A stretch of 64,000 bases of DNA from Macrostomum hystrix (lineage: Eukaryota > Animalia > Platyhelminthes): positions 16,678,001 through 16,742,000 of the forward strand of contig CATNEN010000039.1 in the NCBI GenBank assembly GCA_950097015.1, in the 5' to 3' direction. The translations under genes and the position numbers were made by a program. Below the pieces are notes generated by a model that worked only from the letters and a program-made list of their open reading frames with translations, had not been told where the DNA came from and did no database searches. Positions within the stretch are counted from its first letter, which is position 1. Each line of letters opens with the position of its first letter. This document shows, piece by piece, positions 25,901 through 37,869 of this stretch.

Positions 25901-28900
25901 AAACCTAGTACATTGGTGTCTCTTCCAGGCTCTACAAGTATATGTACAGCTCCTTATTGACTCAGCGGACCAATCAAATCTGGCGCAGGGTGCACTTACA
26001 GCAAGTTGAACTTCGCTAGTAGAGTTAGGCAGCATAGCGCAGGAACCGTCGGCCCTCTGGTACAGGTTGGTGAGCTGTTCGGTGAGCAGACGGCACTCAG
26101 ACCCGGCTAATCCGGCTAGAGATTTGCACCGGCCACTGGCAGGATCCAGCACTCTGTCCGGGCCAGTGCAGTTATCAATCGGCAAAGATTCTAAAAAAAT
26201 GCGCAGAAAAACTCTTGCGATAAAAATGCGCAATACGATTTTGAACACAAACAAAACCTAAACGGTTTTTTCACATCGTGTTAAAAGTTTTTCTTGCATG
26301 TAATTATCAGTTTTGACGCACTTGTTCCATCTCGCTCTATTGCCCCAGTTTAGTTATTGGTAAATGTTTAGCTACTCTGGAAAGCCAGTCACGTGACTCC
26401 GTATCAGCCAATAAGCTCACGCGACCTTGAACCATGCACTCTCAGCATGTTGGCATCGCTTTATAACGCATGTGCAGGCCTACACTCTTGCCAGACGAAT
26501 TCTATCTCCCCGCGGAAAAAATTGCCAAGCATTACGTAGACGGTCTAAATAGTAAAAGTGCATCGAGCCGATTCTAAAGAAAAGCTAGCAAGGGAACCGT
26601 TGTGGAATGCGCCACAATGTGTTGAGAAAAATAAGGCCGATGAAGGAGAGACGGGAATGAAAGAAGAGACAGCGAGGTAGTGCTAAGATTTATTATCGAA
26701 CTACACCATGTTTTAGAACAGCCTCAACTAAAAAAGCGTGTAGCAGCAACAGCAGCAACAGCACTGGCCGACAAGCTTAGCATTCCGAACACTTTATTAT
26801 TGGTCGCACAGTTTTCGACCACTGCTATAGATGCTGTGCTGTACTTTTATTTACTACTAAATTGGTTAATAAAATCTCTAATCTAATTATATCCTGTCTC
26901 TCACCATCTCCCATCCTGTCTCTCATCCTCTGCCATCCTGTCTCTCACCATCTCCCATCCTGTCTCTCACCATCTCCCATCCTGTCTCACTCTGTGCCAT
27001 CCAGTCTCTCACCATCTCCCATCCTGTCTCTCACCATCTCCCATCCTATCTCTCACCATCTCCCATCCTGTCTCTCACCATCTCCCATCCTGTCTCTCAC
27101 CATCTCCCATCCTGTCTCTCACTATCTCCCATCCTGTCTCTCACCATCTCCTATCTTGTCTCTCACCATCTCCCATCCTGTCTCTCATCCTCTCCCATCC
27201 TGTTTCTCACCATCTCCCATCCTGTCTCTCACCATCTCCCATCCTGTCTCTCATCCTCTCCCATCCAGTCTCTCACCATCTCCTATCTTGTCTCTCACCA
27301 TCTCCCATCCTGTCTCTCACCCTATGCCATCCTGTCTCTCACCCTATGCCATCCTGTCTCTCAGCCTATGCCATGCTGTCTCTCACCCTATGCCATCCTG
27401 TCTCACACTCTCCCATCCCATGTCTCACCCTGTCACAAGTAAAAGTGTGCTGTTAGAAAATGTGCACCTGAAGATAAAAAAAATTTTGCGTAGCAAAAGA
27501 GCAGTTCTTTCGGTATAAGTGTTAACTATTTTTGAAAGCCATAAAACTTAGAACAGAAGTTCGCTTCAGAACATACGATGTCAAACAAAAGAATTAAAAT
27601 TTATCACTAGTACCAATTGCATTTGCTGGAACATCAACAGACGATGTGGCGATCGCGCTAGTAGTTGGGTGAACGCTTGAACTGCTAGTCGACGAGTCGG
27701 TTTGCAAGCTCTGGGTTGTCACTACCTTACTACCTATGGCAACGGTTCCAAAAAGCAAAAAAACTAACTTTTTCGTACCATTCACAACTCTTGCAAATTT
27801 TAATCAATTTATTTTAATCTGGAAGCGAAAATTATTTACGTGTCAGCGGTACGACTGTTGTTGACTTTGAAGCAACGGTTGAAGATGGCCTTATCTGATG
27901 CTCAATTTCTGCAAAATTATAGTGAAAGAAAAGCGAAATCAAATTCGATAATTATGAAATCCACCTTGACAATCAAACTTGTTTAATCAATTTTTAAAAT
28001 CAGAGTCAATAAAAAATCTATCTGCCATCATTTGAACCGTCAGAAATTAGACCCAGTGCTCAATTTCTTAAGCGTGTGTCAATAAAAACATACTTTGAAC
28101 GATAAAATCAAACGATAATTTTGAATAGAAAATGTTTCTATTCTCAATTGTACAGTATTTAAAATAGAAGTTTGGCTTTCGAGAAAAAGAAACAAAAAGC
28201 AGTAGCAACAGAAGCAATTATTGGCTTGAAAACATTCTTAAAAAACTCAGAAATGTTTCTCAATCACACGGCGTACCGCTACCACATGTTTACCACTATG
28301 AAAACTTACTGCAACTAAAATAGATAAGTAGCAGTCTAGGTCGACCAGTGCACTCATCGTACACGGTCGATAACGAACCGGGATTGTTAATAGTACAATT
28401 AACTGGCTTGCTAGAGAAGCAGTTTGTCCTGGAACAATTATCGGTGCACAGCGTTGTAGGAATACAGGCATTGAGGTAATTGGTAGGTAATTCAGTGAGT
28501 ATTATCAACCATTTTTCATGCATGCATGAGGCAAAAAAATTACACAATGCATCAATCACGAAGCACACACAGAAAGGCAGTCAATGATTGTTCTGACATG
28601 CAATGCTTCATTATCTGTTGCTACTGAAACGCATCAACAATCTTAGATTGCATCTCATGTGACCTTAATCAATCTACCAACAAAGATCTGTCCGTGTATC
28701 GAATGTGACCTCATATCTATTTATCTAATAATTATAATAATTGCTTGAGGGCTGCCGGCAATGGCACATCACTTGGTGTGGTTAGGTTGTAGCCTAGTCG
28801 TTAGGGCGTCGGACTCATGACTTGAAGGTCGGAGGTTCGATACCCGACTCCACTGGAACAATTTGTGTCCTTTAGCAAGACACTTAACTCTGCATTGCTT

Positions 28901-30604
28901 CAGTTCACCCAGCTGTTAAATGGGTACCAGCATCAGCTGGGATGATTGAAGGTGGGTGTGGCGTCCCCCTAGTCCATGGACTGAAAAGCTGTACGCAGCC
29001 TTCAGATGCGCCGCGCATTTGCTGCGGCTGTGCTGTCGGCTGCACATCTGACCCATTTGGGCAAGTGTAATCAATTATTTTTATTATTATTATTATTATT
29101 ATTATTGGTGTACCATCGAACAGTAGACAGTTGACCCGCAGCCAGCGAGGAGGCAATTCTGCCCATTTCGCTGACTCCTGAGCACACACGCACACGGATA
29201 CTGTACACAGGCACATACACAGGTATGAACAATGTTCTGCCCTGAATTTCTCATCGTCAGGCAGTGTATACTCTCGCTGTGCCTTGGAAGTTGGCCCTCA
29301 AGGGCGTAAAATGCACGACAAGCTACCGAGCCTTCTCTCCGCGGCTGCACCTCAAATAAATGTGGCCTTTACGCTGTGGGACTGTGGTGCGAAAGGCAAA
29401 CACGTTTACCATTCTGCCACTCACCCCTGGACAGTGCATCGAATGTTACCTCCATCAGTCTACCAACAAAGATCTGTCAGTGCATCGAATGTGACATTCA
29501 TCTACCCACATATATTAGTTTGATAGAAGCTTTTACATCGAAATTGTGGGTGTGTAGTCATTATAAGGCATGACCTAACGTTCCTGTTTTTAGTTGCCAA
29601 TCGTTACTAAACAGTACACCGAATAAATAAATCAATGGATTACGAAAAAACCTTTCAAGTGACAATACAAATGAACTTAAAAAGTAAAAATTAGAAGTGC
29701 TTCATGTGATAGAAACTAGCTACTGTGCAGTTAAAAGGGATAAGGAAATTTGCAGCGCAACAGAATGCAGAACTTCCAAACACTCACTAAATGTTTATTA
29801 AAGGTAGAGGAGATCTAGAAAATCAAAGACTTAAAAATATAAAATTTAAAACCTTTAAGGGTCTAGAAACTTACTTTGCAGCACAACATTGAGCATATAG
29901 TGTCCATTTTCTAGCAAATTAATGCACCCAATGCTAGAGTTCTGAGCATGGAGCTGCTCAATAGACTCTCGATAGCATTTCTCAATTAACATGTAGTAGA
30001 GTGAGACATGACAAATCTGGTCTGACAGCCTAATCTTTTCTAGGATGGATATTACCATAGAATCATAACACTCGATTATAGCTTTCCTGTGAATTGGAGT
30101 TTGTGCAAAAAACTTATTACAATCTAATTAATTAGCTTGAATTATATATGAACATAGGCTTAAGTAAAAATAGAAGCTTTTACATCAAAACTTTGCTACA
30201 CATGAGACATGGAGTATTGTATACAACAAACATTTGCTTTACTGTTAGCTGAAAACAATGGATAAAACTTACTTCTTTTTTAATCCATCAATGAGGTTGG
30301 TGGATAGAATAAGACAATCATAGTATTCATCATGGTTGATAATGCAGCCACGTGAATCTTTTAATAATATGTATTTTATTGACTTTATCTCTAGTTGTGG
30401 ACTATAGATTGGGCATACGATTTCATGGCTCTTATTAGGGCAGATTTGAATAGAACATTCATTTGAGTCTGAACAAGGAGACTGAATTGCTAGTCTAGAG
30501 CTTGAAACAAGCTGGCAAGCAACTATTAGTACCAATGGTAATAATATTTTGTAGGTAGTCAGAGTCACAAGCCCAAGAAGTTTAAATAGATGATGGCGCA
30601 TCAT
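16968..30604 (-). CDS. Adhesion GPCR, latrophilin/Cirl-like (signal peptide, SUEL/rhamnose-lectin-like domain, Ser/Thr stalk, Cys-rich segment, GAIN/GPS, 7TM, long intracellular tail), ~1163 aa
   Basis: 11 phase-consistent exons: 30604-30273, 28428-28310, 27908-27840, 27733-27614, 26190-26000, 23780-23423, 21044-20817, 20352-19858, 19264-19119, 18789-18022, 17633-16968. GPS: TACLCQHL|SSFAVVVM. TM3: FCWLLCEG. ECL2: CWL. TM5: FIGP. TM6: LLGLTW. TM7: FTLLNGLQGCFIF. SUEL Cys pattern is split over exons 1-2. Confidence 0.9.
18970..19045 (-). mobile_element. tRNA-like head (third SINE family or tRNA pseudogene)
   Basis: Minus strand GGTGGCTCATTGGCTAAGCG (A box) .. GAGTTCGATTC (B box); no proper cloverleaf. 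Confidence 0.5.
19358..19698. repeat. 16-bp GAGATGAGACA-core minisatellite
   Basis: Unit GAGACAGGGGTGAGAT. Confidence 0.92.
19715..19787 (-). mobile_element. hAT-like transposon terminus fragment
   Basis: Minus strand CAGGGGTTGGCAAACTCTGGTCCGCGGGCC resembles hAT/Charlie-type ends. Confidence 0.55.
20400..20805. repeat. 26-bp C-rich minisatellite
   Basis: Unit CACTCTCCCCACCCTCTCACTCTACC. Confidence 0.92.
21320..23392. repeat. G-rich 14-bp satellite with 98-bp and 683-bp higher-order periods
   Basis: Unit GGGAGGGGAAGAGT; identical repeat ORF starts recur at 98-bp and 683-bp spacing. Confidence 0.95.
24535..24855. repeat. Low-complexity polypurine tract
   Basis: Nearly all G/A, non-periodic. 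Confidence 0.8.
25205..25890. repeat. 16-bp GAGATGAGACA-core minisatellite with a 37-bp composite unit
   Basis: GAGACACGGGAGAGAT and GAGACAAGACAAGGTAGAGAT variants. Confidence 0.93.
26890..27432. repeat. 22-bp pyrimidine-rich minisatellite
   Basis: Unit CCATCCTGTCTCTCACCATCTC. Confidence 0.93.
28728..29428 (-). mobile_element. SINE family 2 split by a family-1 SINE
   Basis: Head and body 29428-29133, tail 28788-28728. Confidence 0.75.
28789..29106 (+). mobile_element. SINE family 1, full length with (ATT)n tail, nested in a family-2 SINE
   Basis: Head, CORE-like body, tail, (ATT)n; flanked by TTGGTGT on both sides (putative TSD). Confidence 0.85.
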
Positions 30605-32448
30605 TTTTGTTTGCTGAAATAAAAGTTGTAATCAATTTAGAAATGCCAAACTAATTAATAACAATTTTACTATAATTTGTTCACTTATTGTTTTCACTTG
30701 GTTTAGAAACAAATGAGTCACTACCTACTATTAGTCCCTATACTATTTAGTAGCTATATATATATAGCTAGAATTGCTGTAAATAATTAATGTTTGACTT
30801 AGGTACTGTCTATATCATAAAGATTTGAAGGAAAGCTAACTAACAACTTGGAATAGTAGCCATAATGCAGAGTAGCAATAGTAGCAATATTGGATATTGC
30901 TTATTATTTTAATAAATCTTAACTATAGCCAAGTCCATCAAAAGTATTTTATTTATTTGTTTGGTGTTGTTCTGAATTTCAAGACAATACTTATAGAGTC
31001 AATGGTTGAAAATTTGAGTCAACTCATAAGAAAAATTAATTCTTTATGGAACTGAAAGAGTTTCCTAGATTAGATAGTTGCTTAATGTATTTACAAAAAA
31101 TGGTTTTAAATAACAAAATTTAAATTAAAATTTAATTTGATATAGCTATCTATACATAAAAACATATTACTGAAGTCTCATTTAGTGAAAATCTTATGAT
31201 TTTCCTAACCTAACCGAATAAAAGGTGGCATAGCTACTTGCTTCTAACAAGGCATAAATATATTTTAAAGAAAAATAAGTTAACTCAAAATTATCCTTAT
31301 TTACACAGAAATGAGCTAAATTAGTTACCAAAAACATTCTATTTTGATAAAAAAATTGGAGCTAGTTACAGGAGTTAGTACAAATGTTAGTCAAATTGAT
31401 GAATAGATAAACTATATGCTTAACTCTCGAAGTTAGTTTCGGTAATTCGATATTTAGTATCAATATTTGAAATTATTGCACAGTACTTTTACTTGTACTT
31501 ATTACACAGTGCTTATTTTATATTTAAGACATTTTATTGATTATAAGTAAGCGTACACTCGAGATGAAATTAGATAATTAGTAATGAGGTAGATAGAAAG
31601 TAGAATTACTTAAGTAAATCACTAATTCAGTTATTGTAAATCGTCTACGAAGCGCTGACTTGACGGACTGTATACTTGACGACTTGACTTGACGTCTATG
31701 GTCTATACGCAACGCCGATCGATAAACCGATTTAAATTTGGCTCTCATTTCGGTTTTGTCAAATTATCGCGCGATAATTTATTTACGCTATAACAAAGGT
31801 GCAGGTAATTAATCATAATTCTAGCTAAATAATTATATAAATGCTAATTATTATGTTATAAACAAGTTATGTCCTCTTAATAGGGTATTGTTTGGCATTC
31901 TATTTCGACACAAATTATGCAATTAGCTCTTAAAGTTAATATTAAAAACACAACTAGGCGATGATTCGTTAACGTTTTTTGCCAAATTGACAGAATGAAG
32001 AACCGAAATACAATGTATATCTAAAGGCTTTTCTTTAGATAAAAAAATAATAGCAGCACTCAAGCATGCATGCAGATCAGGGTATGGCATTTGTACCTCA
32101 TGCATTTAAAGTTGGTCCGAATTGCATAAAAATCGCTACTTTTTAACAACGATCGCATGCAAAGCCGAAGAGAAATTTTATAGCAAATATTTTATTTTTT
32201 TTTCTCGAAGATTAATGTTTCTTCGAATGGCCTTTGAATTTTGAGTGTAAAAAAGCTTTTCCACGGAAATCTCTGTAGCAGAGAAAGTTAAATGTCAAGA
32301 CAAATTTCAGAAGCTATTAGAAGGACTTTTAATAGTGCTACCGCAGTGATAGCTTTTCATGTCAGTTTTTTCATACATTAACAGGACTACCAAGCCATTT
32401 TGCCACCCGTTTTTATAGCAAGGCCGGGGAGAAATCCCCTCACAATTA

Positions 32449-32803
32449 TTTGTGCTGCACCCGAACGGAGCAACGCAAGCACACGACACTCAAAAACACG
32501 GGCCAACTTTTTGTTGTGCCAGATCCAGATAGAGGTCGGTGACCACCGAAGTCGGAGATGATGCAGGCACTTTCGGGTGACGTGCTGATAAATTTTGAAG
32601 GCCTGGCAAGGCCGCGGTGAGGCGCAGTGCAAGTTTCTGCATAGGTATCTATAAAATCTGACTTTCGACCAGAAACATTGAATATCTCGACGGTCTGAAA
32701 GCCTGGCGACTTGATTGTTGTTTCAGAATATGCGCAACAAAAAGTTGACCCATGTTCTTGAGTTTTGTGTGTTTGCGTTGCTCCGTTCGGGTGCAGCACA
32801 AAA
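32449..32803. mobile_element. MITE-like element with ~70-bp terminal inverted repeats
   Basis: TTTGTGCTGCACCCGAACGGAGCAACGCAA..CAACTTTTTGTTG at the left end and its reverse complement at 32733-32803; no clear TSD. Confidence 0.8.
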
Positions 32804-33854
32804 AATGTCAAGTGTGAGTCCCCCCTATGTTAACTATGAAGTTAGGAAATCCCATGCAATTATAATTTAACCTCCAGCTGGAAATAAATGTCAATGCTCA
32901 TCATCAACAACTGTGAATTCCCTGTTTATTTTCGGCAAACTTTTTATACACACAATGTTTCAACGAGCGAACAAGTGGAACGGAGCATTTAGCTCAGAAG
33001 AAAAAAATAAAACCATGTTGGACATTCACAAATTAAGTTTCTCGTAAATTGATGCACAATTTGTATTGTGCCACCATCAACAACGACAAACAGCTTTTGA
33101 AAGCGCGTGCTGGCTTATGTGAATTTTCTGCTGCATATAGCTAGATACCAGCGCAACAGCTCGGACTCTACGACGCTTCACAGGAATTCTTGTTTATTGT
33201 GTGTTTTCTCTGCAAGCCAGCATGCGCACTGCATCCACCGTAGTTGTGAAAAGGGTCTTAGAAAACAAGTCTGAGAGAGAGAGAGAGACAGAGGGAGAGA
33301 GTTGACGCGGTGCAGAATGGTCACTAAGTAAATTTGTTTATTTACGTTTCGATATTTTATCTACCAGTGCTGTAATCGGATCTGCCAAAGCTGAACCTTG
33401 AACCTTGCTGGACATTTCCTTAGAATTATCTGTCTACTTGACCTGCACTGAAATTGCATGTTTCCTAGGCAGTACAGGACAGGTACGGTAATTTTCTACA
33501 CCGCTCCGATTATTAATAACAAAATTCTTGACTTAGAAGGCTGATAAATCAAGCTAATTTGACTCTATATGCACTCTCTTGATTGAAATTTAATTTAATT
33601 TTCACACGCCATGAATGACAAGTTTCCTATGAGAGTATAAAAGAAATCACACGACTTTTCATATTATAAGATCATAATGTCGTTGTGACATACATTAATT
33701 AGTTTTGAAAACCTTTCACAATATTCCAGATGGAAAATTAAAACTAGAGCTATTGCGCTGCGGCTTCGAAAAGTTTTGTACCGATGTTCAGTCCAGAAGT
33801 TTAAGAAAAGTTTATGAGGCTGCTTTGGTACTAACATGTTAGGGAACTCATCAG

Positions 33855-34162
33855 AGGGTGAGTGGCAGAGCGTTCCAACGCGTTTGCCTCTCGCACCAAG
33901 GTCCCTGAGCTCGATTCCACGGCGAGGCCACATTTATTTTGAGTACAGCCGCGGAGAGAAGGCTTGGGGGTATTTCGTGCAATTTACGCCATTGAGGGCC
34001 AACCTTCAAGGCACAGTGAGAGAGCCTGACGATGAGAAAGTCAGGGCTCCTGTGTGAGCGAGTGCCTGCGTACGGTATCTGAGTGCGTGTGTGCTCAGGA
34101 GACCATGCGCAGAATGGTCTCCACTGGCTGCGGGCCTAGTCCTTCAATTATTATTAGTATTA
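33855..34162 (+). mobile_element. SINE family 2, near full length
   Basis: gggtgagtggcagagcg..ggtccctgagctcgattcc head, family body, ATT tail. Confidence 0.8.
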
Positions 34163-34486
34163 TAGACTAGCAAGTTTTGCCCCCCTTCGGGGAGCACTAC
34201 TGGTCAGACAAAAAAATCTTGTGCAATGCAGAAGGACAAAACACACCTGAAAGCAAACAAAAACGAAAACATATTTCGTCAGTAATAATTTCCCTGATTG
34301 CGAATATACGTGATTGCGAATCAAAGAGAATTTGAATTCTCACTAAATACAAAAATAGTCAGTCTGAGCTTGAATACATTCTGAGACATCCGGTCTGTAC
34401 ACCAACAGCCCCATTGGGGCAAAATTACGCAAGTAGCTTACGTTTGATACAACTCAGCTTAATGCTACTAAGGTACATGTGAATAC

Positions 34487-34668
34487 TATCCCCTCAGCAG
34501 TAAAAAACCAATGTCCCCCAAGCAGCAGAGAACTAATGTCCCCTCAGTAGCAAATAACTAATTTCCCTCCAGCAGCAGAGAACTAATTCCCCCGAGCAGC
34601 AGAGAACTAATTCCCCACGAGCAGCAGAGAACTAATTCCCCCCAGCAGCAAAGAACTAATTCCCCCCA
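34487..34668. repeat. ~25-bp degenerate tandem repeat
   Basis: CCCCAGCAGCAGAGAACTAATT-like units, ~7 copies. Confidence 0.8.
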
Positions 34669-34714
34669 GTGCCTCATTGTGCCTTCTATTACTCCTTTAA
34701 GCAATATTATTCAA

Positions 34715-35085
34715 CCTAAAATATTTACAACAAATATACAACCCGGAGTTGAGACGTACCATATCCTCGTTTAGACTAGGAAACCATAAGCTATCTTGCG
34801 AAACATTTCGAACTGCAAGACCGAATTCCGTATGATAATAGATTATGTAGTAAGTGCAAAACAGAAGTTGAAAACGAGGTCCACTTCCTTTTAAAGTGCA
34901 GTTGGAATATGTATAGCGCAGCACGTTCGAATTTTGAAAATAACATTTCTGGGAAAACTCCCAATTTCGCATCCTTAACAGCAGAAGAGAAATCTAACTT
35001 TGGCAAAATAATGGCACAATACGATAGGGAAACCACTGAAGCTTTAGCAAAATACATAAGACTACGAGCTCGTATTAACATTTAA
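34715..35085 (+). mobile_element. Degenerate 3' fragment of a non-LTR retrotransposon ORF2 (C-terminal CCHC region, RTE-X-like)
   Basis: With one frameshift: YLQQIYNPELRRTISSFRLGNHKLSCET..IPYDNRLCSKCKTEVENEVHFLLKC..Y...R. Clade assignment is from motif recall. Confidence 0.75.
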
Positions 35086-35293
35086 CTATGTATATTTCAT
35101 ATTTTTTTAATTCGTGGCGTCCCTTGTGTTTTTACTGCTCTTATTTTTAATACCTTTGCTTTTCCCTTCCCAGCTCAATAGTTGAATCCTAAAAAACTTC
35201 GCTTTTTATGTTTTTCGTTGTCTATTAAAATACTTGTTGTCAAAATATATATAAAGGAAAAAAATCAGCACCCATAGATGGCGTGCGCGTTTC

Positions 35294-35334
<41 letters not shown>

Positions 35335-35769
35335 TAGTCCAACGATTAATACACACAGCGGATTATTTTCACAAGCTGACAATCCTGGATACAAGCTGGG
35401 CTTCTTTCTCCGACTGTCTTGGGTTTTCTGTGCTTCAGCTTTCTCTACCGTGAGGAGAGGAATTAAGGTCAGACATCAAAGGACTTTAGTTTTCTTCAAT
35501 CCATACAGGTAAACATCAACAAGTAATGGACTCAACCTGTGGTTTTCGTCTTTCATGCGAAGCGAGTTAAAAACAAGGGGAAGAGAAAATATTTATTTAC
35601 AAACGACATGCACTTTATTGTCGATGTTTTTCTGATCAAGCCAATGGATGTAAAAACACCAAATTTTAGTAAACTCGCCTTAAAATATAGACATCCGAAC
35701 AATCGCTTGATTGTTTAATTGCTCTTAGCAAAATTATTCCCTATAAATATAACTGCATGTTTTTAATGG

Positions 35770-36443
35770 CATTTGAGGGGCGCGACCAAGGATTTGAGGG
35801 GCTCGACCAAGGATTTGTGGAGCGCGACCAAGGATTTGAGGGGCTCGACCAAGGATTTGAGGGGCGCGACCAAGGATTTGAGGAGCGCGACCAAGGATTT
35901 GAGGGGCGCGACCAAGGATTTGAGGAGCGCGACCAAGGATTTGAGGGGCTCGACCAAGGATTTGAGGGGCGCGACCAAGGATTTGAGGAGCGCGACCAAG
36001 GATTTGAGGGGCGCGACCAAGGATTTGAGGAGCGCGACCAAGGATTTGAGGGGCTCGACCAAGGATTTGAGGGGCTCGACCAAGGATTTGAGGAGCGCGA
36101 CCAAGGATTTGAGGGGCTCGACCAAGGATTTGAGGAGCGCGACCAAGGATTTGAGGGCTCGACCAAGGATTTGAGGAGCGCGACCAAGGATTTGAGGGGC
36201 TCGACCAAGGATTTGAGGAGCGCGACCAAGGATTTGAGGGGCTCGACCAAGGATTTGAGGAGCGCGACCAAGGATTTGAGGGGCTCGACCAAGGATTTGA
36301 GGAGCGCGACCAAGGATTTGAGGGGCTCGACCAAGGATTTGAGGAGCGCGACCAAGGATTTGAGGAGCGCGACCAAGGATTTGAGGGGCTCGACCAAGGA
36401 TTTGAGGGGCTCGACCAAGGATTTGAGAAGCGTAACCAAGGAT
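35770..36443. repeat. 21-bp minisatellite
   Basis: Unit GACCAAGGATTTGAGGGGCTC / ..GAGGAGCGC. Confidence 0.96.
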
Positions 36444-37869
36444 TTTGGTGAGCCAAATGAAAGTGTGTCAAATGAGCAGAAAAGAATAAACAATTCCAAT
36501 TAAACAGTCTTGATCTATCGTCAGATATTATGGTTTGAGTGATGCTTTATGACGTTCCATCATATATCAGTTCCCACATGCAGTGCACAATATTTCTGTA
36601 AGCAATGACGAAGTACCCTAGCGAGTCTCATCGGTACAGTTACAAACTGGCGTGTCTAGCTTTCGCTTTTGATCTCAATCGATACATGTATTCTAGATTT
36701 TTTGCTTGGTCCCATTCACGGATTGTATATAAATGTTATCCTCCATGCATACTCTATATCAGTGCTTCTATTGATTGGATACAGACATCAGCTAGATAAG
36801 GCATTTCTCTTATCTTTGATGGCTTCTGTTTTGCTTGTCTCGAGCTGTCAACTCTAAGCTGTACCGTTGCATCGAGGTTCGCGATTTGCGAGATATTGCT
36901 GCGCGTATAGCAGCTAGGATTATAACTGTGTAATTGAAAAAGCCACAAGTTAAACCCCTTTTGAGCCTATCGTCTCATATACCATCGTAGCTGCAGTTTG
37001 AGGTCAGACAGTCTAGCTGTAATAATGCCAATGCGCGTGACTTTGAACTGCAACAATTAATCTGCATGCCTCTGTTCTTGACTCTCTAGACTTGAAGGTG
37101 ATGAGTTGCACGAACATGGTATCCTGTTACCTGTTGCAGTGCTGCATATTCTTATACGCACAAGCCAAAAATATTGTTGCAATTTTTTTTGAGTGTCGTG
37201 TTTTAGCCTTGAAAATCGTTTTCTGTTAATCAACACACTAGCACTGAAACATGTTTTTCTTTCAGTCTGTCTTATTGAAATGTTTCATTTTTAGCATAAT
37301 TTAGCTTTCATTCTCTATACGAGTTGAAAGTAATAAACAGGATCTCGTGGTTTTTTATCTAACAAGACTAGCTTGCTTGATTCTTCAGAATAGAAGCAGG
37401 AAAGATTTGCTGATAGTGATTGACACTATATTCTAAGTCGAGGAAAATAGACGCTTTCAGCCTGACATGGTACAATTCAGCTGATCAGCTGACCAATCCA
37501 AGGCAAACTGCACCCAGCGCAGCCACTGACCGCATACCACTTGGTGCGTTATTCGACGCCTATTGTACGCAGTTGAACCCCGAAGAATAGAAATTCCTAT
37601 AGCTTTACAAGGACTTTAACCTGCTGTGTCCGTATAAGGGTTTTGTTTTTTCAAGATTAATTTTGATGCAGCTGCATGTGGTGTAGGAAGATGGAAGAAA
37701 CATGATCTTGATGAAGCTTATTGGAGACATAATAGCTTTCAAAGGAGCATAAAAATGCGCTTCGAGTTTACCAATCACCTTTTATCCACTTCGGAACCTA
37801 TCTCTTAAACTCTTAAAAATACATTATATCAGTAAGAGAAAATCTTAAACTACTCGTAGTTGTAAACAA

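Noticed and set aside
32307-32811. Small ORFs as secreted peptides
   Set aside because: They overlap the inverted-repeat element and have no coherent gene structure.
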